From positions 42,429 through 106,428 of the forward strand of contig OZ244825.1 in NCBI GenBank assembly GCA_965220385.1: a DNA stretch of 64,000 nucleotides, given 5' to 3'. Below are positions 19,665 to 28,440 of the stretch, in pieces. Every line of letters starts with the position of its first letter. The first letter of the stretch is position 1. The notes below the pieces were generated by a model that saw nothing but the letters and a program-made list of their open reading frames with translations, was not told the DNA's origin and made no database searches. The translations under genes and the position numbers were made by a program. This DNA comes from Candidatus Poribacteria bacterium. GTDB taxonomy: Bacteria; Poribacteria; WGA-4E; PCPOR2b.

Positions 19665-20975
19665 CTAGTCCTGTTGGGAGTCAACAGCATCCGATCTGGA
19701 TGTGCTTTTGGTGATCGTTCCGAACAGATGCCCTCCGTATCTGCCGCCGCTCCAAGTGCCGGCGTATTGTCCGCGATAGATTATCACCCTCGCGGTGTAG
19801 GTTCCCAAGTTTGGAAGCTCCAGGTCGGTCAATGTGATGATAGGGGTGTCATCTGCCCATTTGACCTCAAGTTTTAATGGAACAGTTACGTCTCTGCCAC
19901 CGTACTGGACGCGTGTAAAGAAGAGCCAGTAATCGCCGCTCAATTTACTAACTTTTGCAATGGTATACTTCTCTTCTCTTAGATTGCCTGAATCTTCTTC
20001 CCCTGTGATGGTGAAGTGACCGACGAGCGTTACGCCTGAAAGCATCTCTTGAAATCGCTGTTCATTGGGGGTGAGGGCGCTTGGGACCGGTGATGGAGGG
20101 GATTGCTCTGCCTGCTCACGCTCGGTTGCGTCCGGCTGCATCGGTTGCTCAGCGGGGAGTTGACCAATGATATGGGTAACGAGCGCTGCGGAATTGCGGG
20201 CAGCGATTTTATAGTACTTCTTAAAATCGTCGGAAGCATTTGCATTGGCATTATCGCTAAGGCTGCGCACGACCAAGCAGGGGACATTCTGTTGCCAGCA
20301 GATTTGGGCGACCGCTGCACCTTCCATCTCTACCGCATCTGCACCGAAATTTTCGTGCAAGGCGCTTCTTTTGGCATCAAGAGCGACAAACACATCTCCA
20401 GTTACGACTGTTCCTTTGACGATTCGAGGTAGCCGTTCGCCTTGAGCGGTTTGAAATGGGTTGAGTTCAAGATGCTCCGTGGCGGCTTCTGCTGTCTGTA
20501 AGAGCTCAGGATCGGCGGGAAAGAAGACAGGATTTCGTCTTCCATTGATAGGATTCCTGACACCCATGTTTTCGATCTCGGCTGATTCTAATCTGCCCAA
20601 ATCGTGTTGCGCTGTCTTTTCTGCGATAACAATATCGCCGAGCTGCAAATCTGGGTTCAATCCGCCGGCTACTCCTGTGAAGATAGCTCGACTGGGACGA
20701 AAATGCTCAATGATCAACGTGGCTGTCATCGCTGCGTTGACTTTAGCAACTCCTGTCCTTGCGATAACGACGTTCCGTTGGTTGAGCGTGCCAGTGAGGA
20801 ACTGTATCCCCTCGATAATGTGTGCCTTCGGATTTGCGAGTTTTGCCTCAAGAATTGCGACTTCCTCATCAAATGCACCGAGTATTGCAACAGGTGATGC
20901 GTGTACACCAGTTCCCGAAATAAGCAGAAGCAGAGTTGCACCCCAGATCAGTGCGATGCGTAAAGTTGTTTTCAT
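19665..20975 (-). CDS. mtnN: Secreted 5'-methylthioadenosine/S-adenosylhomocysteine nucleosidase with extra C-terminal domain
   Basis: Signal peptide MKTTLRIALIWGATLLLLISGTGVHA; AILGAFDEE, GVAKVNAA, TGVAGG, VEMEGAAVAQ, RSLSD motifs; Pro/Gln linker then a ~125-aa unknown domain. Confidence 0.8.
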   Translation of the reverse strand: MKTTLRIALIWGATLLLLISGTGVHASPVAILGAFDEEVAILEAKLANPKAHIIEGIQFLTGTLNQRNVVIARTGVAKVNAAMTATLIIEHFRPSRAIFTGVAGGLNPDLQLGDIVIAEKTAQHDLGRLESAEIENMGVRNPINGRRNPVFFPADPELLQTAEAATEHLELNPFQTAQGERLPRIVKGTVVTGDVFVALDAKRSALHENFGADAVEMEGAAVAQICWQQNVPCLVVRSLSDNANANASDDFKKYYKIAARNSAALVTHIIGQLPAEQPMQPDATEREQAEQSPPSPVPSALTPNEQRFQEMLSGVTLVGHFTITGEEDSGNLREEKYTIAKVSKLSGDYWLFFTRVQYGGRDVTVPLKLEVKWADDTPIITLTDLELPNLGTYTARVIIYRGQYAGTWSGGRYGGHLFGTITKSTSRSDAVDSQQD

Positions 20976-21030
20976 AGTAGTATTTCCAGAATCTGAAGCA
21001 AGTTGATTGTAGAGAGATATTTTCCACAGG

Positions 21031-22515
21031 TTAAGCCTGTTGGAATTCAGCATCTGTGTCTAGTGGATAAATAGGACGGCGTACTTTCTGGTAGTCGTAA
21101 CTGAAGAGATCTGCGCTATGCACGCCGGGGGTGTCTGCCTCCAAGATCTCATGGGCGATGGGTGTATAGTCCGCGCGAAAATGAACTGCTGATTTGAGCG
21201 CAATGATTTTCCTGTCTCTCGGTTCAATGCCGACGCTACGAAGCACCTCGGCATCAAGGGGTTGGAAACGCCGTTCCGTCAGGATGATTTCCACACCGCC
21301 GACTCGGATGACAGCCGTCCGCCCCAAACTGCTCCTGACACCGCGCGCCATCGGACCCTTGTGAACAAAGTTTCCGTCGGAAATTGTCTTTACATAGCCT
21401 GTCAGTGGGACCGGATCGCCGTGCAGCGGAATCGTCTTTCCGCCGACATTGAGCCCTACCGTATTGCCAACACCTGCTTCGATGGCAAGTGATACGGACT
21501 CCGGATCAGCAATTATAGCAATAACCGCATCTTGTACATCAGCTTCAATGAATTTCCGAAGAATAATTGTTCCATCGCAGGGACCGCCACCACCGGGATT
21601 GTCCGAACCCTCTGCAAGGACGATAGGCTGTCCATCAGTGCCATTCGCGATCTCAATTGCCTCCTCAACGGAAACAAGATTTAGATTAAATGCTTCTCGC
21701 ATGTCCCAGATATATTTGGCAAACCTGTCTGTATGTTGTTCGGCGAGTTGTTGGTCGTCGTTAGTCGTTACGAGCACAGTAACACCAGCATCGCGTATAT
21801 CAGCAAAAGGAAAACCCATGGCTAACGTTGCTGTTACTACGCCCGGCTTCGTTTCAAGCGCGTGCAGCTGTTCCACTACCCCGCTCATCAGCGGTTTCAT
21901 CGTGCACTGTGCTGGCGGTGAAGTTAGCAGCGGTAGTTGGCGGAACGCCATTGTCGGTCGGACATTTCCCTGAACTATATCAAATATCACCTGTCCTGCT
22001 TCAACACCCCGATCATAGCAATCGACATGCGGATAGGTGTCGAACCCGATAATCGTGTCGCTGTACTCCGCCATCTCGGCGGTAATGTTTGCGTGGAGAT
22101 CCAGCGTCACAACAATTGGGAGGGAGCCGACAATCTCACGCACAGATTGGATCAGGTCGCCTTCAGCATCTTCAATCTCTTCCGTTGCCATTGCTCCATG
22201 CAAATCGAGGAGGACACCGTCAAGTTCTCCGGCGTTTCGCAAGAGGTCAAGGAATTCTCCTTTAAGTGTATCATATGCCGCTTGCTCGATCTTACCAGAG
22301 GGTGTTGCGAATGTCCATAGAAGGGGAACAATCTGAATGCCCAACTTCTCCGAACTCTCGATAAACCCACCGGTGATGGTGCTCGTCTGTCTGAAGGTCG
22401 AGATTATTTCATCGCCGACGTGGTAGCTTCTCTGAAGTTTAAAGTCATCAAGTGAAGTGGGTATAGATGAAAATGTGTTTGTTTCATGACCGATGCAACC
22501 GGTTGCAATACGCAT
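21031..22515 (-). CDS. M81 family metallopeptidase (MlrC-like)
   Basis: HETNTF, LDLHGAM, LDLHAN, YPHVD, DNPGGG, KSAVHFRA motifs. Confidence 0.93.
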   Translation of the reverse strand: MRIATGCIGHETNTFSSIPTSLDDFKLQRSYHVGDEIISTFRQTSTITGGFIESSEKLGIQIVPLLWTFATPSGKIEQAAYDTLKGEFLDLLRNAGELDGVLLDLHGAMATEEIEDAEGDLIQSVREIVGSLPIVVTLDLHANITAEMAEYSDTIIGFDTYPHVDCYDRGVEAGQVIFDIVQGNVRPTMAFRQLPLLTSPPAQCTMKPLMSGVVEQLHALETKPGVVTATLAMGFPFADIRDAGVTVLVTTNDDQQLAEQHTDRFAKYIWDMREAFNLNLVSVEEAIEIANGTDGQPIVLAEGSDNPGGGGPCDGTIILRKFIEADVQDAVIAIIADPESVSLAIEAGVGNTVGLNVGGKTIPLHGDPVPLTGYVKTISDGNFVHKGPMARGVRSSLGRTAVIRVGGVEIILTERRFQPLDAEVLRSVGIEPRDRKIIALKSAVHFRADYTPIAHEILEADTPGVHSADLFSYDYQKVRRPIYPLDTDAEFQQA

Positions 22516-22613
22516 AAGTGTATCTCCGTTCATATAGCGTGCTGCGTGAGATGATTTCTTTTGGTATATTCCGCGCATAATATCACAAAAACCGAGAAAT
22601 TGAAAGGAAAATT

Positions 22614-23558
22614 ATGATGGCAGAAATTCAATGGCAGTCAAGCCAGATTGAAGCAGCTGAAGACGCAGATCTCATCGAGCTCTGTTACCAAAATGGGTGG
22701 ACTGACGGCTTGCCGGTTGTTCCGCCGACGCCGGATCGGGTAGAAAAAATGTTAGCCGGTACAGACAGACAGCCGGACGAATTGCTCGCAGCAATCCCGC
22801 CCAAGTGGGGGCACGCAACAATTGAACGCATCGCTATTAACGCAGTAATGGCTGGTTGCAAGCCGGAATATATGCCGGTCGTCATTGCAGCCCTTGAGGC
22901 GGTTACCGAAGAAGCATTCAATCTACACGGCGTTCAAGTAACGACCGCCGACTCCACACCGTTGTTGATCATCAATGGTCCCATCCGGAAGCAGTTGGAT
23001 GTCAACGACAGTTTTAACGTTTTTGGACAGGGCTGGCGTGCCAACGCGACGATCGGACGGACAATCCGCCTAATCGGCACAAATATCGGGGGTGCATTGC
23101 CCGGCGAACTGGACCGCTCAACTTTGGGGCACGCCGGCAAATACACCTTCTGTATCGCTGAACGGGAGGAAGAGAGTCTGTGGCAACCGCTGCACGTTGA
23201 ACGTGGATTCCAACTTTCTGACAGTACGGTGACAGTCCACGCCGGTTCCTCTCCATATCACATCGGTTCCAGCGGAAGCGCAGCGGAAAGTATCTTGGAT
23301 ACAATCTGCGAGGGAATTTCGGCGCTGGGACCGCCATCCTCTGAAATTGTTCTTGTGTTTAGCCTTGAACACATGAAGACAATCGCCAGAGATAATTTTA
23401 GTAGGGAGGACATACAGGCGTATATACAAGAACAGACAGGACGGCTGCCTGAAGATGTCATTATTGTCGTCGCCGGAGGTCCCGCGGGGCAATGGACGGT
23501 TGCGATTCCAAGATGGGGCGGTCCCACCCATTCGGTAACGAAACGCATTGAAGTATAA
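22614..23558 (+). CDS. Conserved hypothetical protein (GWTDGLPVVPPT family; homologues often linked to thioredoxin-like domains)
   Basis: GWTDGLPVVPPT, AINAVMAGCKPEY, RANATIGR, WQPLHVERGF motifs of a widespread uncharacterised family; RBS AAAGGA. Confidence 0.7.
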   Translation: MMAEIQWQSSQIEAAEDADLIELCYQNGWTDGLPVVPPTPDRVEKMLAGTDRQPDELLAAIPPKWGHATIERIAINAVMAGCKPEYMPVVIAALEAVTEEAFNLHGVQVTTADSTPLLIINGPIRKQLDVNDSFNVFGQGWRANATIGRTIRLIGTNIGGALPGELDRSTLGHAGKYTFCIAEREEESLWQPLHVERGFQLSDSTVTVHAGSSPYHIGSSGSAAESILDTICEGISALGPPSSEIVLVFSLEHMKTIARDNFSREDIQAYIQEQTGRLPEDVIIVVAGGPAGQWTVAIPRWGGPTHSVTKRIEV

Positions 23559-23813
23559 AACAGAAAGACAACGTTTGCCCCAAAAGGGACAAAGAGTATC
23601 AGCTTTATGAACAGGAGCGTTCAATATATGAACAACATATAGCTCCCATTCCGCCATAAATGGCGAGAAATTCGCCTATAGACGCCAAATCCAACCTTTA
23701 TTAGGTTTGGCATAGTATGTGCATCTTCCTCTGGGATCTCACACCGCATAGCTTTAGGACTGAACAACTTCGCGATCTCAATTTATACCAGAGAAATAAA
23801 GGAGGGTGCACTT

Positions 23814-26357
23814 ATGAACGGGCGATTTGTATTCTCTCTATGTCTCACATTGCTCGCCTCCGCCACAGTTGGTGCGGTCGAACCAATCGGTTCGCTGGGA
23901 GAAGGATTTCTTCACCAAGCCCACTTCCTGCCGGATGGTACGATTCTCCGGGTGATGAGAGACCGTCTCGAAATCGTCGATCCGGATACGAATGCAATCA
24001 TTGATAGGTTTGCCGAGGGGTTAAACTGGGGGAGAGTAACCCTAAGTCCAGATGGCGCATGGCTGGCAATCACTACCTATCTGGACGGCACAAGGAAGCC
24101 TCTCATTGAAATATGGGAAATAGAGACGCGCAAACTGATTCGCCGATTAGAACCAAGATTGGATTCGGTACGTATGGTAGCATTCAGCAGTGCTGCGCGT
24201 CTGCTTGCCGTAACTTCTGATGACCAAATCCATTTGTGGAATTGGGATCACAACGATTATCTCGGCGAGATGACAGGGGAACGCCGACCCGCGAAGAATT
24301 GTTATAGCTATAGTGATTCTGGGGGCTATGGACAGAGCTGCTTGTCACCGCCGGGCGTTCGTTCGGTGGTTTTCAGTCCGGATGGTAATTCTCTTGTCGT
24401 CGGATCTCAACGTCCTGACGCAGAAATCTGGGAGGTATCCACGCGCAAACTGGTCGGACATCTCGAAGGACACATTGATTGGGTTACCCACGTCTCCTAT
24501 AGTCCTGATGGTCGCTATATCGCAACAGCAAGACCGCGCTCCACGCGAGTATATCTTTGGGACGCCCAAACGTGGCAATTAATACGGAATTGGAGGAATG
24601 GCGATAAAGGTGAAATCCAGAAATTGCTTTTTAGCTCAGACAGCCAAAGGCTATATGTCGCGGCACAGACATGGAATTGGGCTGTAGCCTCTCATGAACG
24701 AAACGACCACGTTCGTGTTTTCGATGTGCATACCGGTGCACAACTCAACGAGTTTGGGGATAACCTTTTCATCTTGGAGGATTTCTCTCTGTCACCCGAT
24801 GAAAAGGTTGCCCTTTTCCAGTACTATATTAACGAAGTTGTGCTCTGGGATACTGAACATAACCGCCGTTTGGCATTTTGGGCGGATTATCTGTCGGGAT
24901 ATGAGTGGGCATTGAGCCCGGATGGGCACTCCCTAGTAATGGTGAATGCCGCGATGATGAAGATTTGGGATGTCCCCTCCCGTTCCCTCCGAAAAGTTAT
25001 CGTCCCGCACAACGAAACGTTTCGTGAGTTTGCCATTTCTCCGGATAGCCGAACCATTGCTATTGGACAAGATCCATGGATTGAACTACGGGACATTTAC
25101 ACAGGTGAAGTCACCGGGCAGTTTCGCTACTCTGGGCATAGCACTATTGCTTTCAGTCAAACCGGACAGCGCATTGCTACTGAGCGTTTCCTCCTTGACA
25201 TCAATGATCCCGAAAATCGAGAAGTGTTGGAGAGCCGAGGATACTCTTCCACCGTCTTCAGTGCTGGGGATATCTACTTGGCCGCCAGGGATAGGGAGGA
25301 CCTTATCCATCTGTGGGAACAACAAGATGGCAAATATGTCTATCGTTATGCGTTGCACTCACCGGTGGAGGGTGTACCGACATTTATACCCTCACTTGAT
25401 GGTGTACCTCTTCTTGCTGTTGTCAACTCTAAGCGAGTGGCGGTATGGGAACTTCGAGAACAGCCGCAGCGTCTACTAATACTTGATATAGATGCAAGAT
25501 GGCCCATCCACTTTAGCGGCGATGGGCGATACCTCTTCGCTGACAGCGAGGATGGGCTGCAGATATGGGATTGGCGCGAACAAAAGCGAATTCAACACCC
25601 TCCCCTCCCTGAATATCTTGCCGTCAGTCGAGATAGTTCAGTGCTCCTTACCCTGAATTATGAAACGGGCCAAATGCTGATATGGGATGGCAGGGCTCTG
25701 CTTCCTCCTGAACCGGCTGTGTCTTATGACATCAATCGTGATGGAGCAATCAATATCCTGGATTTGGTAGAGGCTGCTTCTCAATTCGGGCAGATTAGCA
25801 CAAATCTCAGGGGAGATGTCAACGGCGACGGTAAGGTAGATGTGGCGGACTTGGAACTCATCGGCTCACGTTTGGGTGAAAATGCAGCTGCGCCGTCGTT
25901 GCATTTTAATTCTTCACTCCCGATTATTAGTTATCAGGCATCAAGCGTCCAGCGCCAATTCCAAGCCCTCGCAGCGTTAGAATCGGTGACCTCTTCCTCA
26001 CATGGTGCACACATTGCCCACAACCTGCTCAAAGCGTGGTTCTCTCGCCTCGAATTGCCGGTTACAGAAACAAAGTTGCTGCCCAATTACCCCAACCCTT
26101 TCAACCCTGAAACGTGGATACCCTACCAACTATCAGAGGCTGCCCATGTGCAGATTCGTATTTATGATGTCGCTGGACACCTGGTGCGGACATTGGATCT
26201 GGACACCAAACCTGCGGGCAGTTACCTTTCGCGAGAGGGGGCCGCGTATTGGGATGGACGGAATGATGCCGGAGAAACGGTGTCCAGTGGCATTTACTGG
26301 TACGAACTCGACACCGGCAGTTTTAGCGCAACCCGGAAGATGGTTGTCCAAAAGTAG
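23814..26357 (+). CDS. Secreted WD40-repeat protein with dockerin and C-terminal FlgD/T9SS-A-like domain
   Basis: Signal peptide; FSPDG...WD repeats; DINRDGAINILDL / DVNGDGKVD dockerin; LLPNYPNPFNPETWIPYQL...YWDGRN tail. Confidence 0.88.
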   Translation: MNGRFVFSLCLTLLASATVGAVEPIGSLGEGFLHQAHFLPDGTILRVMRDRLEIVDPDTNAIIDRFAEGLNWGRVTLSPDGAWLAITTYLDGTRKPLIEIWEIETRKLIRRLEPRLDSVRMVAFSSAARLLAVTSDDQIHLWNWDHNDYLGEMTGERRPAKNCYSYSDSGGYGQSCLSPPGVRSVVFSPDGNSLVVGSQRPDAEIWEVSTRKLVGHLEGHIDWVTHVSYSPDGRYIATARPRSTRVYLWDAQTWQLIRNWRNGDKGEIQKLLFSSDSQRLYVAAQTWNWAVASHERNDHVRVFDVHTGAQLNEFGDNLFILEDFSLSPDEKVALFQYYINEVVLWDTEHNRRLAFWADYLSGYEWALSPDGHSLVMVNAAMMKIWDVPSRSLRKVIVPHNETFREFAISPDSRTIAIGQDPWIELRDIYTGEVTGQFRYSGHSTIAFSQTGQRIATERFLLDINDPENREVLESRGYSSTVFSAGDIYLAARDREDLIHLWEQQDGKYVYRYALHSPVEGVPTFIPSLDGVPLLAVVNSKRVAVWELREQPQRLLILDIDARWPIHFSGDGRYLFADSEDGLQIWDWREQKRIQHPPLPEYLAVSRDSSVLLTLNYETGQMLIWDGRALLPPEPAVSYDINRDGAINILDLVEAASQFGQISTNLRGDVNGDGKVDVADLELIGSRLGENAAAPSLHFNSSLPIISYQASSVQRQFQALAALESVTSSSHGAHIAHNLLKAWFSRLELPVTETKLLPNYPNPFNPETWIPYQLSEAAHVQIRIYDVAGHLVRTLDLDTKPAGSYLSREGAAYWDGRNDAGETVSSGIYWYELDTGSFSATRKMVVQK

Positions 26358-26407
26358 GTTTTGTTGGACTGGGTTACTGCGCCAGATGGTCCGAAAGGAG
26401 TGAGACA

Positions 26408-28429
26408 ATGAAACAAGAAAGGATACAGACTAACTGGAGTGCCGCTTATATCCGATGGTTCGGTTTTATGATCTCGCTCATGCTGTTGTTCGATTACACA
26501 ACCGCAGAAGCAGACAAGCTATATTGGACGGACAACAAAGGGATTCACCGCGTGGACCTTGACGGTGGGAATATGGAAACCCCTGTTCCGGTTCTGCTGA
26601 AATCTCCTATCGGCATCGCTGTCGATGAAAAGAACCAAAAAATTTACTGGGCGGACAGTAGAACCAAAAAGGTTCAACGAGCAAACCTTGATGGGACAAA
26701 CGTAGAAGATATCATCACAGCGAAATCGGGTTTGCCCTATTATGTTGCTGTGGATACAAGTGGAGGCAAACTATATTGGACAGACACACATATCATCCAA
26801 CGCTCAAATCTCGATGGCACGGAGGTTGAAGAAATTGTCACGTGGCAGGACAGAGTACAGTGGCCGCGAGGCATCGCTGTAGACTCAAACGGTAGAAAAA
26901 TCTATTGGGCGGATTCTGATACACGAAAGATTCAGCGTTCAAACCTCGACGGCACAGAGATTGAAGATCTCGTCACAGAGGGATTGCGGAACCCACTGAA
27001 GGTAGCAGTCGATCCAATTACGGGAAAAATCTACTGGACTGATATAGGAACTATTTTTCGGGCAGATCTTGATGGGAAAAATGCAGAAGAAACAGTGGTA
27101 GGTTTGGACTTTCCATCAGCCATAGTTGTTGATTCAGTGGCAGGAAAACTATACTGGACAGAGTGGAAGACAGGAAAAATCCATCGGTCAGATCTTGATG
27201 GTGCAAATATCGAAGACGTCTTCACAACGGGAGTGAAAAGGATACTTGGGATGGCCGTAGGTGCAGATGGTCGAAAGCTATATTGGACAGACTATAAATT
27301 TCCACCCAAAATCCAACGTTCGAACCTTGACGGGACAAACATCGAAATGGTTATAACAACGGAATTGAGTCCAAGCGGCATCGCTCTGGATACAGATGAG
27401 CAAAAAATATACTGGACGAATTCCGAAGCAGGGAAAATCCAGCGATCGAACTTCGATGGCACCAATACTGAAAATCTCGTCATTGATGGACTGTGTTGGC
27501 CCGCCGGTGTTGCCTTGGACACGAATGGGGGAAAGATGTACTGGGCGGATGGGTGTGCGGGCATTCAGCGATCCAACCTCAATGGTACAGATATTGAAAC
27601 GTTGATTGCCAGAGAAGTTGCCCGGCCGGCCGATGTCGCTATGGATATAAATAACGGCAAGATATACTGGACGAATTCCGAAGCAGGGAAAATCCAGCGA
27701 GCCAACCTTGACGGGACAGACATTGAAGATGTCGTCGAGTCGCGCAGGGTGCCACAAGGTATCGCTTTGGATGTTAAAAGGGGTAAAATCTACTCAACAG
27801 AGATAAACTTTACTACGGGCGCGGGAATAATCCGCCGTCTGAACTTTGATGGCACAGAACCCCAAACTGTGCTAAAGCCAGCAAATATAGATCTTGGAAA
27901 GACAAGATTGAATTATCCATGGGGTATTGCGGTCGATCCATACAGGGGAAAGATATACTGGATAGACTTAGATCCGGGCAGGATCCACTGTGCTAATCTT
28001 AACGGGACAGACGCTGAAGATTTCGTCACTGGTATCAATTGGGGGCGTTTTATCGCCCTTGACCTAACACAGACTATTGATGCTTTGAGTGTAGTGAATC
28101 ATCAGGATAAGCAACCGACTCTATGGGGACGGATACGAGGTAATGCGCTCTTACCGAATTTTCCCAACCCCTTCAACCCCGAAACGTGGGTTCCCTACCA
28201 ACTTGCGGAGGCTGCCCATGTACGGATTCGTATTTATGATGTAGTTGGGCATTTGGTGCGGGAGTTGGATCTTGGCGAACAACCGGCAGGGAACTATCTC
28301 TCCCGGCAGCGTGCGGCGTATTGGGATGGCCGGAATGATATGGGAGAGGTGGTCAGTAGTGGAGTGTATTTCTACACACTGGAGGCGGGAGATTATCGAA
28401 GAACACGCCGGATGACCGTTGTCCGATAG
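26408..28429 (+). CDS. Secreted LDL-receptor class B (YWTD) repeat protein with FlgD/T9SS-A-like tail
   Basis: About 12 KIYWTD...IQRSNLDGT repeats; PNFPNPFNPETW tail. Confidence 0.9.
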   Translation: MKQERIQTNWSAAYIRWFGFMISLMLLFDYTTAEADKLYWTDNKGIHRVDLDGGNMETPVPVLLKSPIGIAVDEKNQKIYWADSRTKKVQRANLDGTNVEDIITAKSGLPYYVAVDTSGGKLYWTDTHIIQRSNLDGTEVEEIVTWQDRVQWPRGIAVDSNGRKIYWADSDTRKIQRSNLDGTEIEDLVTEGLRNPLKVAVDPITGKIYWTDIGTIFRADLDGKNAEETVVGLDFPSAIVVDSVAGKLYWTEWKTGKIHRSDLDGANIEDVFTTGVKRILGMAVGADGRKLYWTDYKFPPKIQRSNLDGTNIEMVITTELSPSGIALDTDEQKIYWTNSEAGKIQRSNFDGTNTENLVIDGLCWPAGVALDTNGGKMYWADGCAGIQRSNLNGTDIETLIAREVARPADVAMDINNGKIYWTNSEAGKIQRANLDGTDIEDVVESRRVPQGIALDVKRGKIYSTEINFTTGAGIIRRLNFDGTEPQTVLKPANIDLGKTRLNYPWGIAVDPYRGKIYWIDLDPGRIHCANLNGTDAEDFVTGINWGRFIALDLTQTIDALSVVNHQDKQPTLWGRIRGNALLPNFPNPFNPETWVPYQLAEAAHVRIRIYDVVGHLVRELDLGEQPAGNYLSRQRAAYWDGRNDMGEVVSSGVYFYTLEAGDYRRTRRMTVVR

Positions 28430-28440
28430 AAAATGGAAGA

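Noticed and set aside
22614-23700. Selenoprotein (UGA read-through) linked to the GWTDGLPVVPPT family gene
   Set aside because: The ORF ends in TAA and no adjacent UGSC-like ORF or in-frame TGA is evident
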